A stretch of DNA of 64,000 nt from Pristiophorus japonicus (Eukaryota), in contig NC_092006.1 of NCBI RefSeq assembly GCF_044704955.1, positions 2,046,001-2,110,000 of the forward strand. Direction: 5' to 3'. Positions 46,363 to 58,200 of the stretch are shown in pieces. How positions within the stretch are numbered: position 1 is the stretch's first letter; every line of letters begins with the position of its first letter. The notes beneath the pieces were generated by a model. It did no database searches, was not told the origin of the DNA, and worked only from the letters and a program-made list of their open reading frames with translations. Made by a program: the position numbers and the translations under genes.

Positions 46363-46830
46363 TGGGAAACAATTTGCGCACAGCAAGCTCCCACAAACTG
46401 CTGTGATAATCTGTTTTAGTGATGTTGGTTGAGTGATATTGTGTCCAGGACACCGGGGAGAACCTCCCCTGCTCTTCTTCAAGAGGCTTCGGTTTAACAT
46501 CTCATCCAAAAGACAGCACCTCCGACAGTGCGGCGCTCCCTCAGTACCGCCCCTCCGACAGTGCAGCGCTCTCTCAGTACTGCCGCTCCGACAGTGCGGC
46601 GCTCCCTCAGTGCCGCCCCCCCGACAGTGCGGCGCTCCCTCAGTGCCGCCCCTCCGACAGTGCGGCGCTCTCTCAGTACTGCGCTCCCTCAGTACTGTCG
46701 CTCCGACAGTGCGGCGCTCCCTCAGTGCCGCCCCTCCGACAGTGCGGCGCTCTCTCAGTACTGCGCTCCCTCAGTACTGCCCCTCCGACAGGGCGGCGCT
46801 CCCTCAGTACTGCCCCTCCGACAGTGACTC
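46360..46830 (-). repeat. DeuSINE body plus short 33-bp array
   Basis: Continuation of the SINE whose tail lies at 44697-44783, split by the CR1. Confidence 0.8.
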
Positions 46831-47348
46831 TGAAGCATCAAATGTTCCGGCAATGAAAGGTGCTATATAAATGCAGGGTTTTTGTAAACATTAACCTTAT
46901 TCACAGTGACTACTGCCAACGAACTGGAAGCTGTGCAGAAGCATTCTGCACGTAAATGTTGGGTCCCAAATAAGAAAAAGTAACGTAACAGGTGGAGGTG
47001 CGGATAGCGATAAGCATACTCGGCGAGAGGAACATAAAACTCTCACAAGCTGACAACATCCTAATATCGCCTTCAGGTCACATTTCCTCGGTAACTTGTG
47101 CTGGAGGTTTTAGCAGTTCATGCTGATGAATTAATCACACCGCTGCCACTCCCTCGCTCTCTCTCTCCCTCTCCTCACGTTCCCTCCCTCTCGTTTTCCT
47201 CCCCAGTCTGTGTCCTGTGCACATCCCTCTCTATCCCTCCGCAATGTCTCTACTCTCTTTCTCAATGATCCTTTTGCCAGCCGATTAAATCCTAACACCC
47301 TAACATCTGAGGAAAACACCAGGCTCTCAAATCTACCACCAGGTTCAT

Positions 47349-48022
47349 GGTCTACAGGTAATACCCGCCCTCCTGTACGGCTCAGAGACATGGACCATGT
47401 ACAGTAGACACCTCAAGTCGCTGGAGAAATACCACCAACGATGTCTCTGCACGATCCTGCAAATCCCCCGGGAGGACAGACGCACCAACGTTAGCGTCCT
47501 CGACCAGGCCAACATCCCCAGCATCGAAGCACTGACCACACTCGACCAGCTCCGCTGGGCAGGGCCACATTGTCCGCATGGTTCCCCCCCCAGACACGAG
47601 ACTCCCCAAAGTAAGCGCTCTACTCGGAACTCCTTCACGGGCAAACGAGCCAAAGGTGGGCAGAGGAAACGTTACAAGGGACCACCCTCAAAGCCTCCCT
47701 GATAAAGTGCAACATCCCCCACCGACACCTGGGAGTCCCTGGGCCCAAAGACCAGTCCGCCCTGAGTGGAGGAAGTGCATCCGGGAGGGACACTGAGCAC
47801 CTCGAGTCTCGTCGCCGAGAGCGTGCAGAAACCAAGCGCAGGCAGCGGAAGGAGCGTGCGGCAAACCAGTCCCACCCTCCCCTTCCCTCAACCACTGTCT
47901 GTCCCACCTGTGACAGGGGTCTGTGGCTCCCGTATTGGACTGTTCAGCCACCTAAGGACTCATTGTTAGAGTGGAAGCAAGTCTCCCTCCATTCCGAGGG
48001 ACTGCCTCTGATGATGATGATG
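47349..48022 (+). mobile_element. RTE-clade LINE 3' fragment (longest copy)
   Basis: LLYGSETWTMYSRHLKSLEKYHQRCLCTILQI...QLRWAG...[19 protein letters not shown] with frameshifts; ends GAGGGACTGCCTCTGATGATGATGATG. Confidence 0.85.
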
Positions 48023-48049
48023 TTGTTGCTTTTGTTGTTATTGCTCCCA

Positions 48050-48738
48050 TTCCAGGGACCCGCAGGCGCGCAGGCGCGCAGAAAAACGCCCCGCAGTGCG
48101 CGCGCAACCGTGTGCCGCTGCCCCGCAGCCTGCGCGCGCAGCTCCCTTTTCCACCCACCCACCCTTCAATTTGCCGGCGTCACGTGCGTCAATGCCAGCC
48201 AGCGCCTGCAACCTCCGCCACTGCGCACGCGCGCGCTCCGCAGGGCTGCCAATCATTCCGCCCCCCCCCCAGGGTCGGGACAGGCCCCGCCCTCCCGGCC
48301 TACCTGCCAATCGGAGCCTGGCTGTCCGCTGCGCGCCAGGGAGGCGGTGGGTGGTTGTTGTTGTGGTTGTTCTCCTCACAAACACCGTCTTCATGGGGAC
48401 GGAGCGGGGCCGCTTCTCCTCAGCCCTCGCACCGCGCGGCCTCGGGCCCCGGCCATTGCCCACAGCCCACACACAGGGCCGCGGGGCGGGAGGGCGGGAA
48501 GGGGATTGACAATCTCTCCAGCCGCGCCGCGCGACGGCGAGAGAGCGGGAGAACTACAACTGCCGGCGGGCCGCGCGCCGCGCCGCCTCCCCATTGGTCG
48601 TCGTCCCCGGCTCGGACGCGCCAATTGGTCGGCCACCGCCGCTGGGTGGTATCCCGGATGCGCTGCGGCTGATTGGTTGGCACTTCCAGCTCGCTGATAA
48701 GGCGGCGGCCTCCGGAGCTGCGCGGCGATTGGTCGACG
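48050..48738 (+). promoter_or_regulatory. CpG-island promoter of TDRKH
   Basis: Very CpG-dense. CCAAT/ATTGG boxes at 48249, 48307, 48593, 48621, 48672, 48728; GC boxes; NRF1-like TGCGCGCGCA (48131) and TGCGCACGCGCG (48222); E-box GTCACGTG (48179); GGCGGGA at 48485 and 48493; ZNF143-like ACTACAACTGCC (48553). Lies just upstream of the first visible TDRKH exon. Confidence 0.75.
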
Positions 48739-48938
48739 NNNNNNNNNNNNNNNNNNNNNNNNNNNNNNNNNNNNNNNNNNNNNNNNNNNNNNNNNNNNNN
48801 NNNNNNNNNNNNNNNNNNNNNNNNNNNNNNNNNNNNNNNNNNNNNNNNNNNNNNNNNNNNNNNNNNNNNNNNNNNNNNNNNNNNNNNNNNNNNNNNNNNN
48901 NNNNNNNNNNNNNNNNNNNNNNNNNNNNNNNNNNNNNN
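48739..48938. other. Assembly gap (200 N), expected to hide the first exon(s) of TDRKH
   Basis: Lies between the CpG island and a phase-1 internal exon; no start or TM-coding exon is visible elsewhere. Confidence 0.8.
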
Positions 48939-49035
48939 CCTCCCCCCCCATCCCATCAGCTTCCACCCCCCCTCCATCAGCAGTTTGCCTGCTCTGCACC
49001 CCGCCCCGCGCTGATTCTGCTCTGTGTTTGTGTAG

Positions 49036-49142
49036 AGGAGCACTGCGTGATGGTGGGCGACGATCAGATCACCATGGACATGAGGGTTCCTGGAGACACC
49101 GTGAAGTTTATCATCGGGCGGCAGGGCTCCACCATTAAACAG
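49036..49142 (+). CDS. TDRKH: TDRKH exon (KH1 start)
   Basis: [35 protein letters not shown]; TGTAG acceptor, GTGAGC donor. Confidence 0.93.
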
Positions 49143-49225
49143 GTGAGCCTGAGTACTCCGCGTCGGTCCCCTTGTACAACGTGCCACGCGCGCTCTCACT
49201 CTCTCGCTCGCGCACACGCTCGCGT

Positions 49226-49259
<34 letters not shown>

Positions 49260-52200
49260 CAGATGGCCGACCCCTCACCCTGACACTGTGAGCCCCCTCG
49301 TTCTACACTCTACGCTGCTTCATTTGCCAACTGCAAGGCCATTCTGCACATTGTGCTGCAGCAAGCCTGACACATCGAGTGTCCCCTCCCCCCCCCCCCC
49401 CCCCCCCCCGACCCCCTTCCATCAGATTTCTGTCAACTTATCTCAGACCTCTCCCCTTTCATTGTGTCAGCTGTGGCTCAGCGGGCAGCAGTGTCTCTCG
49501 CCTGAGTCAGAGGTCGTGGGTTCAAGTCCCACTCCAGGGGCTTGAGCACAAAAATCCAGGCTGACACACTCAGTGCAGTACTGAGGGAGCGCCGCACTGT
49601 CGGAGGGGCAGTACTGAGGGAGTGCCGCACTGTCGGAGGGGCAGTAGTGAGGGAGCCCCGCACTGACGGAAGGGCAGTACTGAGGGAGTGCCGCACTGTC
49701 GGAGGGGCGGTACTGAGGGAGTGCCGCACTGTCGGAGGGGCGGTACTGAGGGAGTGCCGCACTGTCGGAGGGGCGGTACTGAGGGAGTGCCGCACTGTCG
49801 GAGGGGCGGTACTGAGGGAGTGCCGCACTGTCGGAGGGGCGGTACTGAGGGAGTGCCGCACTGTCGGAGGGTCAGTACTGAGGGAGTGCCGCACTGTCGG
49901 AGGGTCAGTACTGAGGGAGTGCCGCACTGTCGGAGGGTCGGTACTGAGGGAGTGCCGCACTGTCGGAGGGGCGGTACTGAGGGAGCGCCGCACTGTCGGA
50001 GGGGCAGTACTGAGGGAGCGCCGCACTGTCGGAGGGGCGGTACTGAGGGAGCGCCGCACTGTCGGAGGGGCAGTACTGAGGGAGTGTTCACTGTCGAAGG
50101 GGCGGTACTGAGGGAGTGCCGCACCGTCGGAGGGGCAGTACTGAGGGAGTGTTCACCGTCGGAGGGGCAGTACTGAGGGAGGGGCAGTACTGAGAGTGTA
50201 TGGGAGCTTGCTATGCGCAATTTGTCTGCCGTGTTTCCCACATTACAACAGTGACTACGCTTCAAAAGTACTCCATTGTCGAAAGCGCTTCGGGACGTTT
50301 GGTGGTGGTGAAAGGTGCTATATAAATGCAAGTCTTCCTTTCTTTCCTCCTGCCTCAGCTGCGGAAGGACACGGGCGCACGGTTCGAGTTCGACGACAGC
50401 GAGGAGGCGGACGGGGACGAGGGGGTCGGGGAACGGGTGCTGACCATTGTGGGGACGCCGGTGCAGGTCTGCAAGGCCCAGGTGGCCATCCATCAGCTGC
50501 TGGCCAGCAGCGCCAAGATCACCGAGGTGCTGACCGTTCCCCATCGAGCGGTGGGCCGGATCATAGGTAATGGCCCATCTGGGAATCGACGCTTGCAGGC
50601 TCGCCACACAGCCAGCTTGCCCGCGCTTGTACTCCTCATCATAGGCAGTCCCTCGGAGTCGAGGAAGACTTGCTTCCACTCTAACAATGAGTCCTTAGGT
50701 GGCTGAACAGCCCAATACGGGAGCCACAGTCCCCTGTCGCAGGTGGGACAGACAGTGGTTGAGGGAAGGGGAGGGTGGGACTGGTTTGCCGCACGCTCCT
50801 TCCGCTGCCTGCGCTTGGTTTCTGCACGCTCTCGGCGACGAGACTCGAGGTGCTCAGCGCCCTCCCGGATGCACTTCCTCCACTTAGGGCGGACTGGTCT
50901 TTGGGTCAGGGACTCCCAGGTGTCGGTGGGGATGTTGCACTTTATCAGGGAGGCTTTGAGGGTGGTCCCTTGTAACGTTTCCTCTGCCCACCTTTGGCTC
51001 ACTTGCCCTGAAAGAGTTCCAAGTAGAGCGCTTGCTTTGGGAGTCTCGTGTTGGGCGTGAACTCACAGAATCAGACATTTACGGCACAGAAGGAGTCCAT
51101 TTTGGCCCATCGTGTCCGTGCCGGCCCAAACACTGCCATCCCAGCTTCATCCCACTTTGGTTGGTAGAGGCAGAAACCCTCACCACATTTAAAAAGTACC
51201 TGGATATGCACTTGATCTGCCATAACATAACATCAGAAATAGGAGCAGGAGTCGGCCATACGGCCCCTCGAGCCTGCTCCGCCATTTAATACCATCATGG
51301 CTGATCCGATCATGAACTCAGCTCCACTTCCCCGCCCGCTCCCCTTATCTCCTTATCGGTTAAGAAACTGTCTATCTCTGTCTTAAATTTATTCAATGAC
51401 CCGGTTCCACAGCTCTCTGAGGCAGCGAATTCCACAGATTTACAACTCTCCGAGAGAAGAAATTCCTCCTCATCTCAGTTTTAAATGGGTGGCCTCTTAT
51501 TCTCAGACCATGCCCCCTAGTTCTAGTCTCCCCCATCAGTGGAAACATCCTCTCTGCATCCACCTTGTCGAGCCCCCTCATTATCTTACACGTTTCGATA
51601 AATTCACCTCTCATTCTTCTGAATTCCAATGAGTAAAGGCCCAACCTACTCAACCTTTCCTCATAAGTCAACCCCCTCATCTCGGCAATCAGCCGAGTGA
51701 ACCTTCTCTGAACTGCCTCCAAAGCAAGTATATCCTTTCGTAAATATGGAAACCAAAACTGCACGCAGTATTCCAGGTGTGGCCTCACCAATACCCTGTA
51801 TAGCTGTAGCAAGACTTCCCTGCTTTAATACTCCATCCTCTTTGCAATAAAGGCCAAGATTCCATTGGCCTTCCTGATCACTTGCTGTACCTGCATACTA
51901 ACCTACAGGGACCGAGAGCTGGAAAGTGGGATTAGGCTGGGTGACTCTGTGGGCCGGCGCGGACACGACGGGCCGAACGCCCTCCTCCTGTGCCGTATGG
52001 TTCTGTGATTTGAGGTGGTAGGATCTGTACAGGGTTTGTCTCCTGTTGGGCGGTAATGGGTTTTTGCTCTTTTCCCCAGGTCGTGGCGGGGAGAGTATCC
52101 AAGCGATCTGTCGGAGCTCGGGAGCAAAGATCGTCTGCGAGAAGGAGAGCAGTGATCAGATCCTGGACATGAGGCGCTTGGTCAAGATCAGCGGCACCAG

Positions 52201-55200
52201 GCAAGAAGTAGCTTCAGCCAAAGTGAGTCCGTCTGTAAGATTTATAAGATCTGTCCGTGACCACAACAAACCACGTTGGGTACCGGTGTATATTGTAAAT
52301 AAGGACAACAGATTTTACCAAGTGATTTACTTCCAGTACAAAGAAATAATGCTTAACAAGGAAATAGACAGTCTGTCAATGGTAACCCACTGAGGTCTGT
52401 GGGGCTGTCTCTCGCAGTGTTCTGTTTCTCCACACTGCGATATGTGTGCTCCCAAAGCAAGCGCTCTACTCGGAACTCCTTCACGGCAAACGAGCCAAAG
52501 GTGGGCAGAGGAAACGTTACAAGGGACACCCCCAAAGCCTCCCTGATAAAACTGCAACATCCCCACCGACACCTGGGAGTCCCTGGCCAAAGACCAGTCC
52601 GCCCTAAGTGGAGGAAGTGCATCCGGGAAAGCGCTGAGCACCTCGAGTCTCGTTGCCGAGAGCGTGCAGAAACCAAGCGGAAGGAGCATGCGGCAAACCT
52701 GTCCCACCCTCCCCTTCCCTCAACCACTGTCTGTCCCACCTGTGACAGGGTCTGTGGCTCTCGTATCGGACTGTTCAACCACCTAAGGACTCGTGTTAAG
52801 AGTAGAAGCAAGTCTTCCTTGATTCTGAGGGACTGCCTACGATGATGATGATGAGGCCCATGCAGCGGAGCAGGTCTCCAGTCATCTTGGGTAATCCTTG
52901 CCACTGGACCAAGACCTCGCTCTGTCAAGCCCGTGTGGTGGCTGGTGTGCAACGGTCACCCCACGTTGAAACAATCCACGCACAGGCATCTTCCACCCTT
53001 CAGGATGTAGTTCGGGATCTGGAATATTAGGTCCTCATTGAAACACCTGTGAACTCATTCCCTTTTTGGTGTGGAAACAAGTCATCCTCGACACGAGGGA
53101 CTGCCTATGAAGAAGGAGTTCTTTCTCCAGTCATCCTCTGTGTTTGCGCTGCTTCCAGAGTTCAATAGTGCTAATCGTATACCTTTTCCTCCCAGTCAAA
53201 GGCTGTAAAGATCTGAGGCTGTGAGAGCCCTACAGTACATCATTCTAAGTCTACTGCCTTTGATCTATGTTACCTCTACTTCTCCTCTCACAACTTTTCT
53301 TCATCAGAGGCGAACGAGGATGACTTGCTTCCACACCAAAAGGGATGAGTTCACGGATGTTTCAGTGAAGGACCCAGTGTTCCAGTCCTGAACAGATGCC
53401 TGTGGGTGGATTTTTTGAACGTGGGGTGGCCGTTGCACACCAGCCACCACACGGGCTTGACCGAGCTAGGTCCTGATCCAGTGGCAAGGGTTAACCAGGG
53501 CGACTGGAGACCTGCTCTGCTGCACGGACCTAGTGCGCACACACATATCGCACAGTGTGGGCTGGGCCCGTGCTGCCCCTGGGCCCTCGGCTCTTCTGGG
53601 CCCCGATCTCTCGCCGCTCCTCCGCTGTGCCTATGCCCCGCCGATGTTCCTGCCCACACTCCACATGGCAAACTGGGCCTTGACGATGTCACCCAGTCGC
53701 CCACCTCGAAACATAAAAACTAGGTGCAGGAGTAGGCCATTCGGCCCTTCGAGCCTGCACCACCATTCAATAGGTACCCCACTCCCACCTTCTCGCCATA
53801 CTCCTTTAGCCGTAAGGACCACATCTAACTCCCTTTTGAATATATCGAATGAACTGGCCTCAACAACTTTCTGTGGTAGAGAATTCCACAGGTTCACCAC
53901 TCTCTGGGTGAAGAAATTTCTCCTCATCTCGGTCCTAAATGGCTTACCCCTTATCCTTAGACTGTGACCCCTGGTTCTGGACTTCCCCAACATCGGGAAC
54001 ATTCTTCCTGCATCTAACCTGTTCAATCCCATCAGAATTTTATATGTTTCTATGAGATCCCCTCTCATTCTTCTAAATTCCAGTGAATATAAGCCCAGTC
54101 GATCCAGTCTCTCCTCATATGTCAGTCCCGCCATCCTGGGAATCAGTCTGGTGAACCTTCGCTGCACTCCCTCAATAGCAAGAATGTCCTTCCTCAGATT
54201 AGGAGGCCAAAACTGAACACAATATTCCAGGTGTGGTCTCACCAAGGCCCTGTGCAACTGCAGTAAGACCTCCCTGCTCCTATACTCAAATCCTCTCGCT
54301 ATGAAGGCCAACATGCTATTTGCCGCCTTCACCGCCTGCTGTACCTGCATGCCAACTTTCAATGACTGATGAACCATGACACCCAGGTCTCGTTGCACCT
54401 CCCCTTTTCCTAATCTGTCACCATTCAGATAATATTCTGCCTTCGTGTTTTTGCCACCAAAATGGATAACCTCACATTTATCCACATTATACTGCAACTG
54501 CCATGCATTTGCCCACTCACCTAACCTGTCCAAGTCACCCTGCAGCCTCTTAGCGTCCTCCTCACAGCTCACACCGCCACCCAGCTTAGTGTCATCTGCA
54601 AACTTGGAGATATTACACTCAAGTTGTTGTATACTTGGATGGGCTCACGCTGGAAGTTGTGGTATGCCCACGATATTGTTGGGCCTGCGCTCCAGAACTT
54701 CTACACAGACCATGTCACACAGACTTCATCACTGAGCTTGGCTTTACAAAATCATGAAAAGAAATGGCGCACACTGTATACCTTTATCTTACCGGACCCT
54801 TGCTCCCCGCGCTCCCCACCGGCCGACTCAGCAGCTGCTCCAACTGATCCCTGTCGATCTCGACGGCGGTGGGCCGCCGATGGGCTTCAACTACAGGTTT
54901 GGGCCGTATCTTCACTGCTCGCCCTCACCACCTCACCGCTTACGGCCCACACCCTGCCGTAGGCAGCTAGACTCACAGCGGAGCCTGGTCTCCAGTCGTC
55001 TCGGACCCCCTTACCACTGGACCCAGACCTCGCTCTGCTAAGCCCGTGTGGTAGCTGGTGTGCAATGGCCACCCCACGTTAAAAGAACTCGCGCACAGGC
55101 ATCTTACCTTACCGATTTAATATTCTGGCCTTGACCATTCTAGTTCTAAATGAAGCTTGTATCAGCAGTTTAAAAAAAAAAAAATGGTTAACATAATAAT

Positions 55201-58200
55201 GGTTCAATCTACCATCATGCTTTGCTTCTCAGTGTTTACCATAGTTAGCTAAGCTTACACACATTTTACTTACTTTTATCATACAACAATTAAACAAAAG
55301 CATTATTAGAACACTATCACAATGTGCAGGTAGGTTTTATCTTACACGTGCGTCTGTTGAAGGCTAAGCCAGTGTCCTTTGACGCATCTTCAACACTCAC
55401 TCCCTCCACCACCGGCGCACCGTGGCTGCAGTGTGTACCATCTACAAGATGCACCGCGGCAACTCGCCAAGGCTTCTTCGGCAGCACCTCCCAAACCCGC
55501 CACTTCCACCACCTAGAAGGACAAGGGCAGCAGGCGCCTGGGAACACCACCACCTCCACGTTCCCCTCCCAGTCACACACCATCCCCACTTGGAAATATA
55601 TCGGCCGTTCCTTCATCGTCGCTGGGTCACAATCCTGGAACTCCCTCCCTAACAGCACTGTGGGAGCACCTTCACCACACGGACTGCAGCGGTTCAAGAA
55701 GGCGGCTCACCACCACCTTCTCACGGGGCGACGAGGGATGGGCAATAAATGCCGGCCTTGCCAGCGACGCCCACATCCCAGGAATAAATAAATAAATTGT
55801 ACAGCTCGGGGTGCATTGCATCACACGGCGTCCAGTACAGGGTTGCACTATGTCCCAGGACAAGGTATTAAGTTATAATCCACAGCAGAAGGCATAGGGT
55901 GTATTCTATTACGACTTATGACCGAGGGTGTATTCTAGTATACGACAACAACAACTTGTATTTATATAGCGCCTATAACGTAGTGAAACGTCCCGAGGCG
56001 CTTCACAGGAGTGTAATGAGATTAAAAAACTGACACCGAGCTATATAAGTAGAAATTAGCGCAGGTGACCAAAAGCTGGGTCAGAGGTAGGTTTTAAGGA
56101 GTGTCTTAAAGGAGGAAAGAGAGGTAGAGAGGTGGAGAGGTTTAGAGAGGGAGTTCCAGAGCTTGGGGCCCAGGCAACAGAAGGCACGGCCGCCGATGGT
56201 GGAGCGATTGTAATCAGGAGGACAGAATTGGAGGAGCGCAAACATCTCTGTGGGGGGTGGGGGGGATTTGTAAACGAGGATGAGAATTTTGAAATCGAGG
56301 TGAGTGGGTGAGTTGAACTCTGTGTGAGTTAGGACAAGGGGTCAGCGAGCACAGGGGGTGATGGGTGAGTGGGACTGGGTGCGAGTTAGGACACGGGGTC
56401 AGCGAGCACAGGGGGTGATGGGTGAGCGGGACTCGGTGTGAGTTAGGACACGGGGTCAGTGAGCACAGGGGGTGATGGGTGAGTGGGACTGGGTGTGAGT
56501 TAGGACATGGGGCAGCGAGCACAGGGGGTGATGGGTGAGTGGGACTGGGTGCGAGTTAGGACATGGGGCAGCGAGCACAGGGGGTGATGGGTGAGCGGGA
56601 CTCGGTGTGAGTTAGAACACGGGGTCAGCGAGCACAGGGGGTGATGGGTGAGCGGGACTGGGTGCGAGTTAGGACACGGGGCACAGGGGGTGATGGGTGA
56701 GCGGGACTCGGTGCGAGTTAGGACACGGGGTCAGCGAGCACAGGGGGTGATGGGTGAGCGGGACTGGGTGCGAGTTAGGACATGGGGCAGCGAGCACAGG
56801 GGGTGATGGGTGAGTGGGACTCGGTGTGAGTTAGAACACGGGGTCAGCGAGCACGGGGTGATGGGTGAGCGGGACTGGGTGCGAGTTAGGACATGGGGCA
56901 GCGAGCACAGGGGGTGATGGGTGAGCGGGACAGAGTGCGAGTTAGGACATGGGGCAGTGAGCACAGGGGGTGATGGGTGAGCGGGACTGGGTGCGAGTTA
57001 GGACACGGGGCAGCGAGCACAGGGGGTGATGGGTGAGCGGGACTCGGTGTGAGTTAGAACACGGGGTCAGCGAGCACGGGGTGATGGGTGAGCGGGACTG
57101 GGTGCGAGTTAGGACATGGGGCAGCGAGCACAGGGGGTGATGGGTGAGCGGGACTGAGTGCGAGTTAGGACATGGGGCAGTGAGCACAGGGGGTGATGGG
57201 TGAGCGGGACTGGGTGTGAGTTAGGACACGGGGCAGTGAGCACAGTGGGTGATGGGTGAGCAGGACTCGGTGCGAGTTAGGACACGGGGCAGTGAGCACA
57301 GGGGGTGATGGGTGAGCGGGACTGGGTGTGAGTTAGGACACGGGGCAGTGAGCACAGGGGGTGATGGGTGAGCGGGACTCGGTGTGAGTTAGGACACGGG
57401 GCAGTGAGCACAGGGGGTGATGGGTGAGTGGGACTGGGTGCGAGTTAGGACACGGGGACAGTGAGCACAGGGGGTGATGGGTGAGTGGGACTGGGTGCGA
57501 GTTAGGACACGATCAGTGAGCACAGGGGGTGATGGGTGAGTGGGACTGGGTGTGAGTTAGGACACGGGGCAGCCGAATGTAGAATCACCACTAGTTTACG
57601 TAGAGTTGAATGTGGGAGGCCAGCCAGGAGTGCGTTGGAATAGTCAAGTCTGGAGGTAACAAAGGCACGGATGAGGGCTTCAGCAGCGGATGAGCTGAGG
57701 CAGGGGTGGAGACGGGCGATGTTACAGAGGGGGAAACAGGCGGTTTTAGTTATGCTGTGGATATGTGGCCGGAAGCTCATTTCGGGGTCTACTGTGGCAC
57801 CAGGGTTGCGGACAGTCTGGTTTGGCCTCGGACAGGAGTTGGGTTGAGGGATGGAGTCAGTGGCTGGGAACGGAGTTTGTAGCGGAGACCGAAAGCAATG
57901 ACCGAGGGATGATATGATCTCTTGTATGAGTTACGGCAGCGGGTGGATTATAAAGCCGGGCGTGTCGCATGTGTTGTTGCCCTGGTTCAGATAAGCTCAC
58001 TCCTGACAGACCGGGAGCTTTACCGTTCTGTGGAAAGCCGGGAGAGCTGGGTGTCCTGGAGTTTTCCAGGATCACGGGTACTGCGGAAGGGATCCATGAT
58101 TCCTCTTGTCGTCGAAGAGTAGCTCTCCTGCTGGATAAAACGCGCTCGCTCTCTCTCCCTCCCTCCCTCCCTCTCTCCCTCCCTCCCCTACCCACCCCAC

